From contig OZ244999.1 of NCBI GenBank assembly GCA_965223265.1, positions 6,784,001 through 6,848,000 on the forward strand: a DNA stretch of 64,000 nucleotides. The letters run 5' to 3'. Numbering within the stretch: the first letter of the stretch is position 1; the number at the start of each line of letters is the position of its first letter. Positions 1 through 9,685 of this stretch are shown here, piece after piece. The notes under the pieces are model-generated. The model was not told the DNA's origin, searched no databases, and worked only from the letters and a program-made list of their open reading frames with translations. The stretch comes from Planctomycetota bacterium. GTDB lineage: Bacteria > Planctomycetota > UBA8108 > SXIK01. Made by a program: the position numbers and the translations under genes.

Positions 1-694
1 CTAGCAATTCGCCAGGCCCATCCCGTGGCACGAGCGCCTCGCCCCTCCCACTAGACTCGTCCCAAGTCATGGCGATCACAAAACCGTGAAACGGCTCGTC
101 CGAGCTGATCAAGATCGGCACGCTCGCGACCTCGCCGGGGGCCGCCTCGCCGCGTCCGACCGTGATGGCGTTCTCCCCTCGTACACGCGCACCGCAGAGC
201 GCAATGATCGATACGGCAGCCGCTACGAGAGGCCGTCTACTAAGGCGACGATTCAAAACACGCACCCGAAAGGAATCCTTGACCATAGCCGTCGTCTGAC
301 GCTCTACCTATGTCTTCATTTCTGTTCGATGTCGTCGGGGAACCCCGCGGCTCACGCGTGCCCAGAAGACACCGCTTCGAGATCGCAACATGCCATTGCA
401 ATCATCGCATCGGTGGGGATCAACCGGAGCATGAGACCTGAAACTGGTACGCCGGCCAGGCCAGGGGGCGCGCGTCCCGCCTGGAAACCGCCAACCGACT
501 CTCGCCATTCTATTGGACACCTTCGTTAGATGCTATTGCGTAACCATTTAGGAAAATGTTAGTGACCCATCGAAGTAGAAAAACTACTTGCCAATGGAGG
601 ATTTCACTCCGCTGCAGCGTCGACGCCCTAGAATCATTACAGGGGCACGAGAACGCCTGACGAAAAGAAGTTCACGACAAGAGGATCACACCAC

Positions 695-1531
695 ATGTTC
701 GGTTCTTACCATTTGACTCGCATCCGCGGCATTCCGATCCGTATCCATGGGTCACTCGTGCTGTTCGTGCTGGTGATCGCGGCCTTGTGGGGAAGCGCCG
801 GCGGCCTCGCCGGCGTCGTCACTCACCTGGCCTTCCTTGCCTCGCTCTACCTCTTCGTGCTGCTCCACGAACTCGGCCACGCGGTGGTGGCCCAGCGGCA
901 CGGCATCTCCGTGCCCTCGATCACGCTTTACCCGATCGGCGGGATCGCGGCGCTCTCCCACATCCCGAAGGATTCCAAGACCGAGCTGAAGATCGCGCTG
1001 GCAGGCCCAGCGGTCAACGTCGTCCTAGCGGCAGCTCTCGGCCTAATGCTCGCGATGCTGGCGGCGGTTAGCGGGCTAGGGACGGGTTCTTTCGCAGCGA
1101 GCGTCCTGCCGCAGCTCATGTATCTGAACGTCGGCTTAGCCATCTTCAACATGCTCCCAGCGTTTCCCCTCGACGGTGGTAGAGTCTTGAGAGCTCTGCT
1201 GGCGATGCGCCTCCCCCACGCACGAGCTACCCGCATCGCGGCCAGGACAGGGCAAGCTCTGGCAATCGCCATGGGGGTTCTCGGCGTCATCAGCGGCCAC
1301 CTCATGCTCGTCGTGATCGCGATGTTTCTTTTTTTGACCCAAAACGCAACTTTGGCCTCCCAGCCGGCCCCAGCGAGCTCGCTAACGGCGACGCTGCAGG
1401 CGGCGGCTCAGGCGCGCCAGGCTGCACGCCAGGGCCGGACGCCGCCGCGCCCGAATTCAACGTATAGCGACTTGATCGTCGAAGTCGGACCTGACGGCGA
1501 GGTGAACACGTTTCGGCGCTGGCCAAGGTAG
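695..1531 (+). CDS. Site-2 protease (M50 family) intramembrane zinc metallopeptidase
   Basis: HELGH zinc motif, 'IALAGPAVN' and 'FNMLPAFPLDGGR' (NxxPxxxxDG) motifs, several TM segments; GAGGA SD upstream. Confidence 0.93.
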   Translation: MFGSYHLTRIRGIPIRIHGSLVLFVLVIAALWGSAGGLAGVVTHLAFLASLYLFVLLHELGHAVVAQRHGISVPSITLYPIGGIAALSHIPKDSKTELKIALAGPAVNVVLAAALGLMLAMLAAVSGLGTGSFAASVLPQLMYLNVGLAIFNMLPAFPLDGGRVLRALLAMRLPHARATRIAARTGQALAIAMGVLGVISGHLMLVVIAMFLFLTQNATLASQPAPASSLTATLQAAAQARQAARQGRTPPRPNSTYSDLIVEVGPDGEVNTFRRWPR

Positions 1532-1804
1532 AATCGCACCCCTATCCACGCCGCAACCGAGCCCCGAGGGGAGCCAGACGCGGCCCCTTTCACCCTTGCG
1601 AGCGCTCGGCGAGTATGGTACGAAAGCCCTTCCGATTCGACCGCCATCCACAGTCTCCTGTGGCGGCGGAGGAGGTCCCTGCCGAGTCCCGTGGGGCGAG
1701 CTGCGGATGGCCTCAGCGGACGCGACCCACAGCGGGAGAGCCGCAGGTGCCCCCTCAACGGCGAATCGGTCGAACCTCGAATCTACACAGGAGAGGGTCC
1801 TCTC

Positions 1805-2119
1805 ATGAGCCGTGTCTGCCAGGTAACCGGACGCCGCACCAGTGTCGGCAATCACTACACGCGCCGTGGTCTCGCCAAGGCCAAGGGTGGCGTCGGCAAA
1901 AAGACAACCGGCATCGCGCGCCGCAAATTCAAGATCAATCTGCAGTGGAAGCGGATCTGGGTGCCCGAGGTGAAGCGCTACGTCCGCGTCCGTCTCTCCA
2001 CACAGGCGCTCCGCAACATCAGCAAGAACGGCGCTTACAAGACGCTCGTCGGTGCCGGCATCATCAAGCCGACGCGGTCGCGGAAGAAAAAGAAGAAGGC
2101 CCAATCCGCAAACGCTTGA
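1805..2119 (+). CDS. rpmB: 50S ribosomal protein L28 (zinc-free form, with GLAKAKGGVG insertion)
   Basis: MSRVCQVTGRRTSVGN...RRKFKINLQWKRIW...RVRLSTQALR; ATG at 1805 preceded by GGAGAGG. Confidence 0.95.
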   Translation: MSRVCQVTGRRTSVGNHYTRRGLAKAKGGVGKKTTGIARRKFKINLQWKRIWVPEVKRYVRVRLSTQALRNISKNGAYKTLVGAGIIKPTRSRKKKKKAQSANA

Positions 2120-2257
2120 GCCGACGTGCCCCGCGCCGCGAAAACGCCGCGGCTCTGAACGCCGACCACGCCGCCTCACGGCCGTTCACACCGTGGAGTC
2201 CAGCAGTGGTCAGGCCATGAAGCCGGCGCGTCAAATTGCGAAATCTGAAACGCTGTC

Positions 2258-2295
2258 AACGCCCCTTGGATCCCCTCCGAGGGGCGTTTTTCTTT
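2258..2295 (+). terminator. Rho-independent terminator after rpmB
   Basis: 13-bp stem AACGCCCCTTGGA / TCCGAGGGGCGTT (one G-U), 5-nt loop, followed by TTTCTTT. Confidence 0.8.
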
Positions 2296-2342
2296 GGCCG
2301 CGCCGCGGCTCTCGCGTCAGTCACGGCGAAAAACCGTTTTAC

Positions 2343-2963
2343 TTGGAGACACCAGACGACGTCTCAAATGAAAACGGACGACGGGACCAAAGTTTGGACG
2401 CACGGATCCTCCAACAGGCCCAGAGCGGAGACGAACGCGCCATCGAGACTGTCCTGCGTCGAGTGACGCCGCGCTTGCTCCCACTCGCCAGACACCTGAC
2501 GGCGAACCCGACGGCAGCGGAGGAGCTCGTCGAGGATGCGCTCTACCGTGGCGCTCTGAAACTCAAGGAACTCCGACATGCACACGCTCTCAACTCGTGG
2601 TTTCGCACCATCCTCCTGCGGCTGTGGCGGGACGCCCTGCGGCGGAGCGCCCGGGAGCGGAAGAGAGGTGACCGCCCACTCGACAGCAGCGACGACTCGA
2701 TCCTTCCAGCCGCGCCGCGTAGCTCTCAGCCTGAAGCGATCGCGGAAGCAACCGAGACGCATGATCTCATCGCGCGCGCCATCGACGAGCTGCCGCCGCT
2801 GCAGCGCGCTGTCGTCAAACTTACGTTCGAGTCGTCGCTCAGCGTCAGTGAGATCGCGGCGGTTCTGGAGACGTCTGCCGACCGCGTCAAGGCGAACCTA
2901 TGGCACGCACGACACCGTCTGCGCGGGCGCCTCAAGGGCATCGTCGGCAACGACATCGATTGA
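2343..2963 (+). CDS. ECF-family RNA polymerase sigma factor (start uncertain; TTG 2343 chosen because it lies downstream of the rpmB terminator)
   Basis: Region 2 (GDERAIETV...AEELVEDAL...SWFRTI) and region 4 (LPPLQRAVVKL...SVSEIAAVL...VKANLWHARHRLR). Confidence 0.88.
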   Translation: METPDDVSNENGRRDQSLDARILQQAQSGDERAIETVLRRVTPRLLPLARHLTANPTAAEELVEDALYRGALKLKELRHAHALNSWFRTILLRLWRDALRRSARERKRGDRPLDSSDDSILPAAPRSSQPEAIAEATETHDLIARAIDELPPLQRAVVKLTFESSLSVSEIAAVLETSADRVKANLWHARHRLRGRLKGIVGNDID

Positions 2964-2990
2964 ACTTGCAGGCAGAAAGAAGTTGATTCC

Positions 2991-4829
2991 ATGAAACGAA
3001 ACGAGCCGGTCGGGTCGCAACCAGAGAACGACCCGCTCGACGCTTTGCTGGCGCGGGAGCTGCGCCGGGCCACGGGAGTTGGTCCGGATGTCCGTCCAGG
3101 CGAAGCCTCCGCCCCAGGAAGAGACGCAGAAGTCACGGCAGAAGCCATCGACCGCGTCGTCGGACGTGCCATGGATCGCGTGCGGCAGCACCGCGCCCGC
3201 GAACGCGAGCCGCGCCGTGGGCGGCGACGTTTCTACGCGGCCGCGGCAGCAGCGGCGCTCGTCGCAGCGGCACTGGTGGCGGCCATCGTTCGTAACGAGC
3301 GGTCACAAGCTCCGCCGCCGCCGCTTGTTGACGACCGGAACCAAACCGCAGAACCGAAGCGGGAAAATCCACCGAGCCGCGACAAGGCGTACGGCGCGAA
3401 CGACTCGTCGTCGAGTCTCGCCGATGTCCTAGAACGCCCGCATCGTGACCGAAGAGAGCTTCTCAAGCGAATCCGCCGGGACGCTCCAGCTTCGTTTGCA
3501 GAGCTGGAAGAGCTCGTTCTGTCGGGACCGCGTGACGCGGCGATCGAAGCCGCGTGGCTCCTCGCCCGAGCCCGCTCGGGCGCCGCGGATCGGCGGATCG
3601 CCGAACTCCTGCACCGCGTCGCTGATCACGAGGTGGCGATGGCCACCCTGTCGGCGCTTGCCGAACGGCGCGACGGCGCAGCGACGGAACTACTGAGCAC
3701 ACTGTTCGCCGACGAGCGAGCTGCAGGACATCTCAAGCGCTTCCTTGCCGGCGGGGCGCGAAGCGAACGCGTCGTCGACATCGCGTGTACCTCACCGCTC
3801 GTCGAGTTGCGGACGCTGGCCATCTCACTTCTCTCCGTCACCGCGCCCGCGCGTGCGGCCGAGCGAGTGTGGACTGAACTCATGGACCACTATGCAGACG
3901 CATCGAGGACACCGTCCGCCGACGCAGGCAACGAAGTTGGCGCCGGTGGTGCCGACGCTGTGGCGTTTCTTCGCACTGCGCTCCCGGCGCTTTCGTCGAC
4001 ATCGCGAAATCAGCTCGCTCGACTCGTTCGTGGCGACTCGTTGAGAGCGAGCGTTCGGGCGCAGCGCGGCTGCTCCGGAGAACGCCTCGCTCGCTGGCTT
4101 GCCGCGGCACGCCTGGCCGAGTCTTGGCCTCTTCTCGCAGCGCTGCTCGAGGTCGAGCGCCCCACCGCCGCCCTGATCGCGGCCGCGGGCGCTTCGCATG
4201 ACCTGCGGGCCCTCGCCTACCTCGAGCGCTTCGTCCATTTGGACGACGCCAGGGGCACCGCGGCAATTCACGCCATCGCCAGGCTGCCAGGACGCACAGC
4301 GCTCGAGCGATTGACCAAGACCTACCATCTCAAGCGCGGCGCCGGTGCCCTGTCTTCCGCTGCGATCGCCGCCCTCACCAGCGCGCTCCGCAGCCGCGGC
4401 AACGAGACGCTCGAGCACCTTGACCACCAGCTGGCGCGCGGCGCGCGTGAAGAAGCGATCGACCTCCTCGTCGACGTTTTTCCAGACGCGGCAACGCCGC
4501 GGCTCGTCGCGCTCATCGACGATGAAGGCGAACTGCGCGATCGGATTGTGCGCGGAATCGTCGTCAGGTCGCTCGGCCGTCTGCGAACACCGCAGGCCAT
4601 CGGCGCACTCCTCGACGCGCTCGATGAACCCAGACTAGCGACCGACGCGCACGCAGCTCTCCGCCGCCTGACGCAGCGCGATTTCGGCCGCAACCCGGAT
4701 GCATGGAAGCGGTGGCTGCGCGCCAGCGACCTGCTGCCGCCGGTCGACGCGGAATCAAGAAATCGAAACATGAACCCTGAATCGACCGTAGCTCTCAAGA
4801 CCGCCCTTTGGGCGCAGGAGGAAGCATGA
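2991..4829 (+). CDS. Single-pass membrane protein with HEAT/PBS-like helical repeats, putative anti-sigma factor
   Basis: Short N-terminal domain (DPLDALLARELR), Arg cluster then Ala-rich TM, HEAT-like repeats (VRSLGRLRTPQAIGALLDALDE...AHAALRRLTQRDFG...WKRW); directly after the ECF sigma gene. Confidence 0.65.
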   Translation: MKRNEPVGSQPENDPLDALLARELRRATGVGPDVRPGEASAPGRDAEVTAEAIDRVVGRAMDRVRQHRAREREPRRGRRRFYAAAAAAALVAAALVAAIVRNERSQAPPPPLVDDRNQTAEPKRENPPSRDKAYGANDSSSSLADVLERPHRDRRELLKRIRRDAPASFAELEELVLSGPRDAAIEAAWLLARARSGAADRRIAELLHRVADHEVAMATLSALAERRDGAATELLSTLFADERAAGHLKRFLAGGARSERVVDIACTSPLVELRTLAISLLSVTAPARAAERVWTELMDHYADASRTPSADAGNEVGAGGADAVAFLRTALPALSSTSRNQLARLVRGDSLRASVRAQRGCSGERLARWLAAARLAESWPLLAALLEVERPTAALIAAAGASHDLRALAYLERFVHLDDARGTAAIHAIARLPGRTALERLTKTYHLKRGAGALSSAAIAALTSALRSRGNETLEHLDHQLARGAREEAIDLLVDVFPDAATPRLVALIDDEGELRDRIVRGIVVRSLGRLRTPQAIGALLDALDEPRLATDAHAALRRLTQRDFGRNPDAWKRWLRASDLLPPVDAESRNRNMNPESTVALKTALWAQEEA

Positions 4830-6754
4830 AGCTTCGCAGTTTCGCATTTCGCCTCGTCGCACTCAGCTCTATCGCTGCCGCGGGACCAACTTTCCTCGTC
4901 GCAGAATCGCCCGAGGATGAAACCGTCCGCAGCTACGACTTCCGCACGCTCGTGCGTTCGCTGCCGCACGCGCGCACCTTTCTGAAGCCCTATGGGCCGC
5001 TGCTCTCAGTCTCACCAGGGTCCCAGATCCAGAACAACGAGCATGAAACGCTAGGGATCCTCCAAGACCCCCAGGTCGGAGAGTCCATCATCTTTTCTCA
5101 TTCTTCTCGAGCTTCGATGTCGATGCCGGGGCACGCAGCCCCAGCGATCCATGCGGAAGCCGTGCCAGGCTCGGTCTCTCGCTACCTGCAACTCATGGGC
5201 CTGATCGACGAAGCCGATGAGTTCTCAGAGCGGAACGTGGTCTTCGCTGCCGGCATCCTTCAAATCAAGGGGAGCGCTGCAATCCATACGGCGGTCGAGG
5301 CCTTTGTTCAGCGGCTCGAAAGGCTGGCGCACACGATGGTTCAAGTGGAGTGCCTCCTCGTACCGCCAGCAGTCGCAGGAGAGATTCTCGGCGATACCAC
5401 GGACCAGCACACGCTGGACGATGCGGGATTCGAGCGGGCTCTCGCCCATTCCCAGACCCGCCTCTTCACCGCCAACTGCCGCAGCGGTCAACGGATCGCC
5501 ACCGGCACGACGGACGCGGAGATGGTCCAGACCGACTTCGAGGTCAATCAAACCGGCGTGATTCCAGTGATCAATCCCGTTGTCACCGTCCCGCCGCAGG
5601 GAGAGCGTCTCGAGGTCTATCCGCTCGTCCTCGCGGACGGTCGCATCTTCCTCGAGATCGTCGTCGGTCGCCTCGGGTTGACGGTAGGCCAGATGGGGAT
5701 CGGCGGCGGCCTCGGAAACCTCGATCGCCCAGTGCGAAGGGAAACGCTGTTCTCTGCCAGCTTGGTGATCGCCAACCGTGAGACGGTCGTCGCGGGAGAA
5801 GTCGGCACAGAGAACGGTTTCGTCGTCCTCGTCAGATCAAACGTGTGGCCGGCCGCAGGGACGTCAACGGACGACTCATTCGACGAGGTCGTGTTCGCCG
5901 ATCGTACGCCGTTCCAGCGTCTATGGCCGGCCCGGGAGTGGCCCCAACTCCACACACACCGGACCTTCGCCGTCAACGTCGAGGAGTCTCGAGAGGTGCC
6001 GCAGTTCTCTCTGTTCCTGGATTCTATCGACGAAGAAGACGAGGCTCGGGATCTACTGTCGGGGATCGAGTCGATGATGGTCCCCGTCCCGCGCGAGCTG
6101 GCGCCAAAGCTGGCAGAATTCACGCGCAGAGAGACCGCGAAACTGGCTCAGACGGCTCGGATCGACCTGCGCCTGGCGCGCGTCTCGCGCCAAACGTTCG
6201 CTCAGCTGCGAAACCAGGTCAAAGACGGCGAGTCGCTTCCGGGCGACTGGCTCAAGAAGGTCGAGCGGACTGCCGGCGCCGAAGTGCAGAGGTTTCGCAT
6301 CGTTGGCGCCGCCGGTGAAGTGCACGCGCTCCGTGACGCCGAGTTGAGCACGTTCGTCACCGACGTTGTACAGGTATCTGGCGGCACCGGGTTTGCCATC
6401 ATCGAAGTGGGCGATCCCGTGACGCAAGAAGCCGGTTCAGGAATGGAACTGCGCGTGCGCGCTGATCTGCAGGTCGACGCGGACCGAGCGTTTCTCCAAA
6501 TCGACGGCGCCGAGGCAACGATCACGGCCACGCGCAAGGTGGTGACTGAGTATACGGTGGTTTCCGTAGCCAGCTCCAAGCCACTTCAGGAGCTTCAGCC
6601 GGTGAAGCGCACTCTCCTTCTGCCGCGCCAAGAAACGCGGCGCTGGGACATCCGCCGCACGCTCCCGCTCGACCGCTGGATCATCCTGCACAGCGACGTT
6701 AAGCAAGGGGATCAGGCACACCTCCTCATCGGACGTGTGCGCGCAGAAGGGTGA
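4826..6754 (+). CDS. Exported protein with two tandem secretin-like segments (hypothetical)
   Basis: Signal peptide MKLRSFAFRLVALSSIAAA; ATGA overlap with the previous stop; internal repeat (TDFEV..NPVV..GERLEVYP..GRIFLEI vs TDVVQV..DPVT..GMELRVRA..DRAFLQI) resembling secretin beta strands. Confidence 0.55.
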   Translation: MKLRSFAFRLVALSSIAAAGPTFLVAESPEDETVRSYDFRTLVRSLPHARTFLKPYGPLLSVSPGSQIQNNEHETLGILQDPQVGESIIFSHSSRASMSMPGHAAPAIHAEAVPGSVSRYLQLMGLIDEADEFSERNVVFAAGILQIKGSAAIHTAVEAFVQRLERLAHTMVQVECLLVPPAVAGEILGDTTDQHTLDDAGFERALAHSQTRLFTANCRSGQRIATGTTDAEMVQTDFEVNQTGVIPVINPVVTVPPQGERLEVYPLVLADGRIFLEIVVGRLGLTVGQMGIGGGLGNLDRPVRRETLFSASLVIANRETVVAGEVGTENGFVVLVRSNVWPAAGTSTDDSFDEVVFADRTPFQRLWPAREWPQLHTHRTFAVNVEESREVPQFSLFLDSIDEEDEARDLLSGIESMMVPVPRELAPKLAEFTRRETAKLAQTARIDLRLARVSRQTFAQLRNQVKDGESLPGDWLKKVERTAGAEVQRFRIVGAAGEVHALRDAELSTFVTDVVQVSGGTGFAIIEVGDPVTQEAGSGMELRVRADLQVDADRAFLQIDGAEATITATRKVVTEYTVVSVASSKPLQELQPVKRTLLLPRQETRRWDIRRTLPLDRWIILHSDVKQGDQAHLLIGRVRAEG

Positions 6755-6928
6755 CGTGATCTTGCCTCGAGTTTGGCCATTCGGTGCACGAAAGTAGCAG
6801 CGCACGCCGAGGCGGTGAATTCTTCAGACGTGACGGCGCAACTCGCAGTCGCAGTCCACGGCCACGGCCGGACGACACACGACGTTGCCTGCTCCCTTCG
6901 GACGGTCTTCCTTCGTTGACTTGGTTTC

Positions 6929-6973
6929 CTTCTGTTCAACGCTTCTTCTGATCTCTTGAATCTTGAACAGAAG
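6929..6973. terminator. Inverted repeat between convergent genes, possible terminator
   Basis: CTTCTGTTCAA (6929-6939) / TTGAACAGAAG (6963-6973), perfect 11-bp arms with a 23-nt loop. Confidence 0.4.
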
Positions 6974-6997
6974 CAAACACCGCGCGGCGCGCGCCCG

Positions 6998-7945
6998 TCA
7001 CACAACCAGCACCGGCCGACTCGACTCACGGATGAGCGCCAGTACCTGCTGATAGCCCGTGACGACGCGCTTCTGCGGGCAGCCGGTGACAATGACGCAC
7101 GGTCGCTCTTTCGCGACGCCCGCGACCACTGGCACCGGCTCGCCGACGCGGAACGACACGTGGCAACCGAGGTCGTGATGCGCCGCGTGACGCTGCAGCG
7201 CAGCGATCAGGCCGGCGTGCTCCTTGTTCTCCAGTCCGCGCAGCGTTCCCTCGTCGAGCTCGCGCGCATCGACGTCACCGCCGAGCAGATGACTTGCCGA
7301 TTCGAGAACTTGTGCATCCGCCACGATCAGCAGTCGCACACCGCCTGAAGCAGCGACGAGCCGGAGCGCCCAGCCCGCAGCCTTGACGTTCTCCTCGTCG
7401 TGAAAGGTCACCGGCAGGAGTACATGCTCAAGCGCCTCTGCGACATCGTCCAGGGGTTCGCGCACCACAAGCACAGGAACCTTGCTGCGGTAGAGAAGCA
7501 TGTCGAGGTTGGTGCCGACGCTCTCGCGGCCGAGGACGCGGAGATCGTCGAGATACGGCGAACACACGAGGATCAAATCGCACCGCTCGCGCTCGCCCAC
7601 CTCGAGGATCTTTTCAAAGGACTTCTTTTGTGTTGAGTGTGCTGCCTGGACAGTCACACGCTCGTTCGCTTCCAGTCGCTTCGCCAGCTCGTCACAGCGC
7701 TCCTCGAGGTATCTCTCAGACGCTTCATCGCGTTCGCCTTCGTAGGCATAAACCACATGCAGCGACGCATCGTGGCGACGCACGATCTCGACGGCGATCG
7801 CCTCGACGGTCGCGTCTTGATTCGATTGATCGAGCGCCATCAAGACCCGCTCGATCGCTGGCTCCTCGATGCGCACCTCGCGAGCCTCGAGCGCCGCCTC
7901 GAAGGCACTCATACTCTCTCTCAGATCAGCGTCTGTGTCGGCCAT
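6998..7945 (-). CDS. Universal stress protein (tandem USP domains)
   Basis: RVLMALDQS...LHVVYA...CDLILV...ESVGTNLDMLLYRSKVPVLVV and a second domain ending LIRESSRPVLVV. Confidence 0.85.
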   Translation of the reverse strand: MADTDADLRESMSAFEAALEAREVRIEEPAIERVLMALDQSNQDATVEAIAVEIVRRHDASLHVVYAYEGERDEASERYLEERCDELAKRLEANERVTVQAAHSTQKKSFEKILEVGERERCDLILVCSPYLDDLRVLGRESVGTNLDMLLYRSKVPVLVVREPLDDVAEALEHVLLPVTFHDEENVKAAGWALRLVAASGGVRLLIVADAQVLESASHLLGGDVDARELDEGTLRGLENKEHAGLIAALQRHAAHHDLGCHVSFRVGEPVPVVAGVAKERPCVIVTGCPQKRVVTGYQQVLALIRESSRPVLVV

Positions 7946-8022
7946 GTCGCAGCCTCAACGGGTCACAGGCACTCATCGGTGCCAACAGGGAGCCCAAAGG
8001 TCACCTCTCCATCGCCGCGCGG

Positions 8023-9444
8023 TCAAGAGCCGCTCAGCGAGGGGAAGAGCCCGAATTTGTAGAACAGATAGATATAGCCGATGACGAGAAGAATCTGCAG
8101 CACCGTTACCGCGCCGCCGACCTTGAGGTACTCGCCCCAGCCGATCTTGATGCGCCGCTCCTTCTCGAGCGCGTGGAGCGCAATCACCGCGGAAATGCTG
8201 CCGACGGGCGTCGGGTTGCCGCCGAGGTTGCACGCGCCGATGAGCCCCCACCAGAGTGGTTCGGCCGCAAGCCCTTGGGCGATCATCGATTTGACGACGG
8301 GGATCATCGTAGCGGCGACCGGAATGTTGTCGACCAGACCGCTCAATATGAAAGCGAATGGCACAATGACCACGACAGCAAGGACGACGTTGTCGCCGGA
8401 GATCGTATAGATCTGGGAGGCCAGGAGATCGAGCAGGCCGGTCTCGCGGACGGTGCCAATGATCACAAAGAGCCCGACGAAAAACATGATCACCGGCCAT
8501 TTGACCTTCTTAATGGCCTCTTCGGCGTCAAATCCTGAAAAAAGGAGCGCTGCTGTGCCCCCAAGAACAGCAATGAAGTCGAGCCCAACGCCGAGCTGCT
8601 GCGCCGTGGCGAAGCCGATGATCGTCACACCGAGAATCCCAGCCGAGCGGTAGAAGATCGACCGGTCGCGCACGAGCGCCCACTCGTCGAACTCAGCGAC
8701 CTTGCGCGCCCGTGCCGCCAAGTCCTCGGCGCCGCTCAGGGAACGCCGGTAGATCCAGCGAACCACAAAAAACGCCACCACGGCCGAAATCAGTGCCAGC
8801 GGCATGGAAACGACTAAGAAATGAAGGTAGGGAATCTCCGCGCTGGTACCAATCATGAGCGTCGGGATGCCGGAGGCGAACGTCATGAGCGCGCCCGAGT
8901 TGGCGCCGATCGCAACAGCGATGATGTACGGCTTTGGGTCGTCCTCAAGCTCACGCGTGATCACCAGCACGAGCGACGACATGATGAGCACACCGGGAGC
9001 AATCGTGAGAAACGTCACGAAGAGAATCGTCGCGCCCATGATCGCCGGAAAAAGGCGCGAGGGCGCGCCGCCGGTCGCCTTGACGAGACGAACAGCAAGA
9101 AAGTGAAAGAGACCCGAGTGGCCGGCGATCTCGACGAGGATGCTCGTCCCGACGATCACTCCGAGGACGCCAAGATCATGCTCGATGAAGTGATGCACCG
9201 CCGCGTAAGGGACATCACCATGATAAACACCGAGAACGAGAGCCAGAATCACCGACACCACGGCACCGAGCAGCGCCGCGACGGTCTTGTGGAGGACCTC
9301 GAACGCGATGAGACTGAACGTCGCCACGAGCACAATTCCCATGAGGATCATGGGGAGTACCGGTGGATCGCCAACCTGCACTTCGCCTCCGGCTGCGGCG
9401 AGCAGAGGCAAGGCGCCCACCAGGGGTGCGATCGTCGTCACCAT
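8023..9444 (-). CDS. ArsB/NhaD/SLC13 (CitMHS-like) ion transporter permease
   Basis: Many TM helices; 'ANSGALMTFASGIPTLMIG', 'SGLVDNIPVAATMIP', 'NLGGNPTPVGSISAV'; ATG 9444 with GAGGAG SD. Confidence 0.88.
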   Translation of the reverse strand: MVTTIAPLVGALPLLAAAGGEVQVGDPPVLPMILMGIVLVATFSLIAFEVLHKTVAALLGAVVSVILALVLGVYHGDVPYAAVHHFIEHDLGVLGVIVGTSILVEIAGHSGLFHFLAVRLVKATGGAPSRLFPAIMGATILFVTFLTIAPGVLIMSSLVLVITRELEDDPKPYIIAVAIGANSGALMTFASGIPTLMIGTSAEIPYLHFLVVSMPLALISAVVAFFVVRWIYRRSLSGAEDLAARARKVAEFDEWALVRDRSIFYRSAGILGVTIIGFATAQQLGVGLDFIAVLGGTAALLFSGFDAEEAIKKVKWPVIMFFVGLFVIIGTVRETGLLDLLASQIYTISGDNVVLAVVVIVPFAFILSGLVDNIPVAATMIPVVKSMIAQGLAAEPLWWGLIGACNLGGNPTPVGSISAVIALHALEKERRIKIGWGEYLKVGGAVTVLQILLVIGYIYLFYKFGLFPSLSGS

Positions 9445-9685
9445 GAGCGCTCGGTCTCCTCTTTTCTCTTCGTTGTCGGGCAGTTCCGGAACGAACGGTC
9501 TCAGAGCGGTCCGTCGCGGATTATAGTCGCCGACGTGTCCAGGGCTCAACCCGCGTCGAGCGGGTGTTTCGGTGTCGGGCGCGGGACGGTGGAATGCGCG
9601 TACAGATCGGCGGGCGCGGGCGAGCGCGGCGGCCGTTTGCATGGACGTGGGCGTCTCCTGATCCGTGCGCGTGTGCCGCTTCAGA

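Noticed and set aside
1-60. Possible 3' end of an upstream gene (QAHP / WHERLAP resembles an amidase C-terminus)
   Set aside because: The resemblance needs a frameshift and too little sequence is visible.
160-245. Fluoride riboswitch-like start (GTGATGGCGTTCTCC)
   Set aside because: P1 pairing is poor, the pseudoknot partner is missing, and no fluoride-related gene follows.
86-529. 147-aa ORF
   Set aside because: No motif, atypical composition, and it runs into the AT-rich promoter region; probably spurious.
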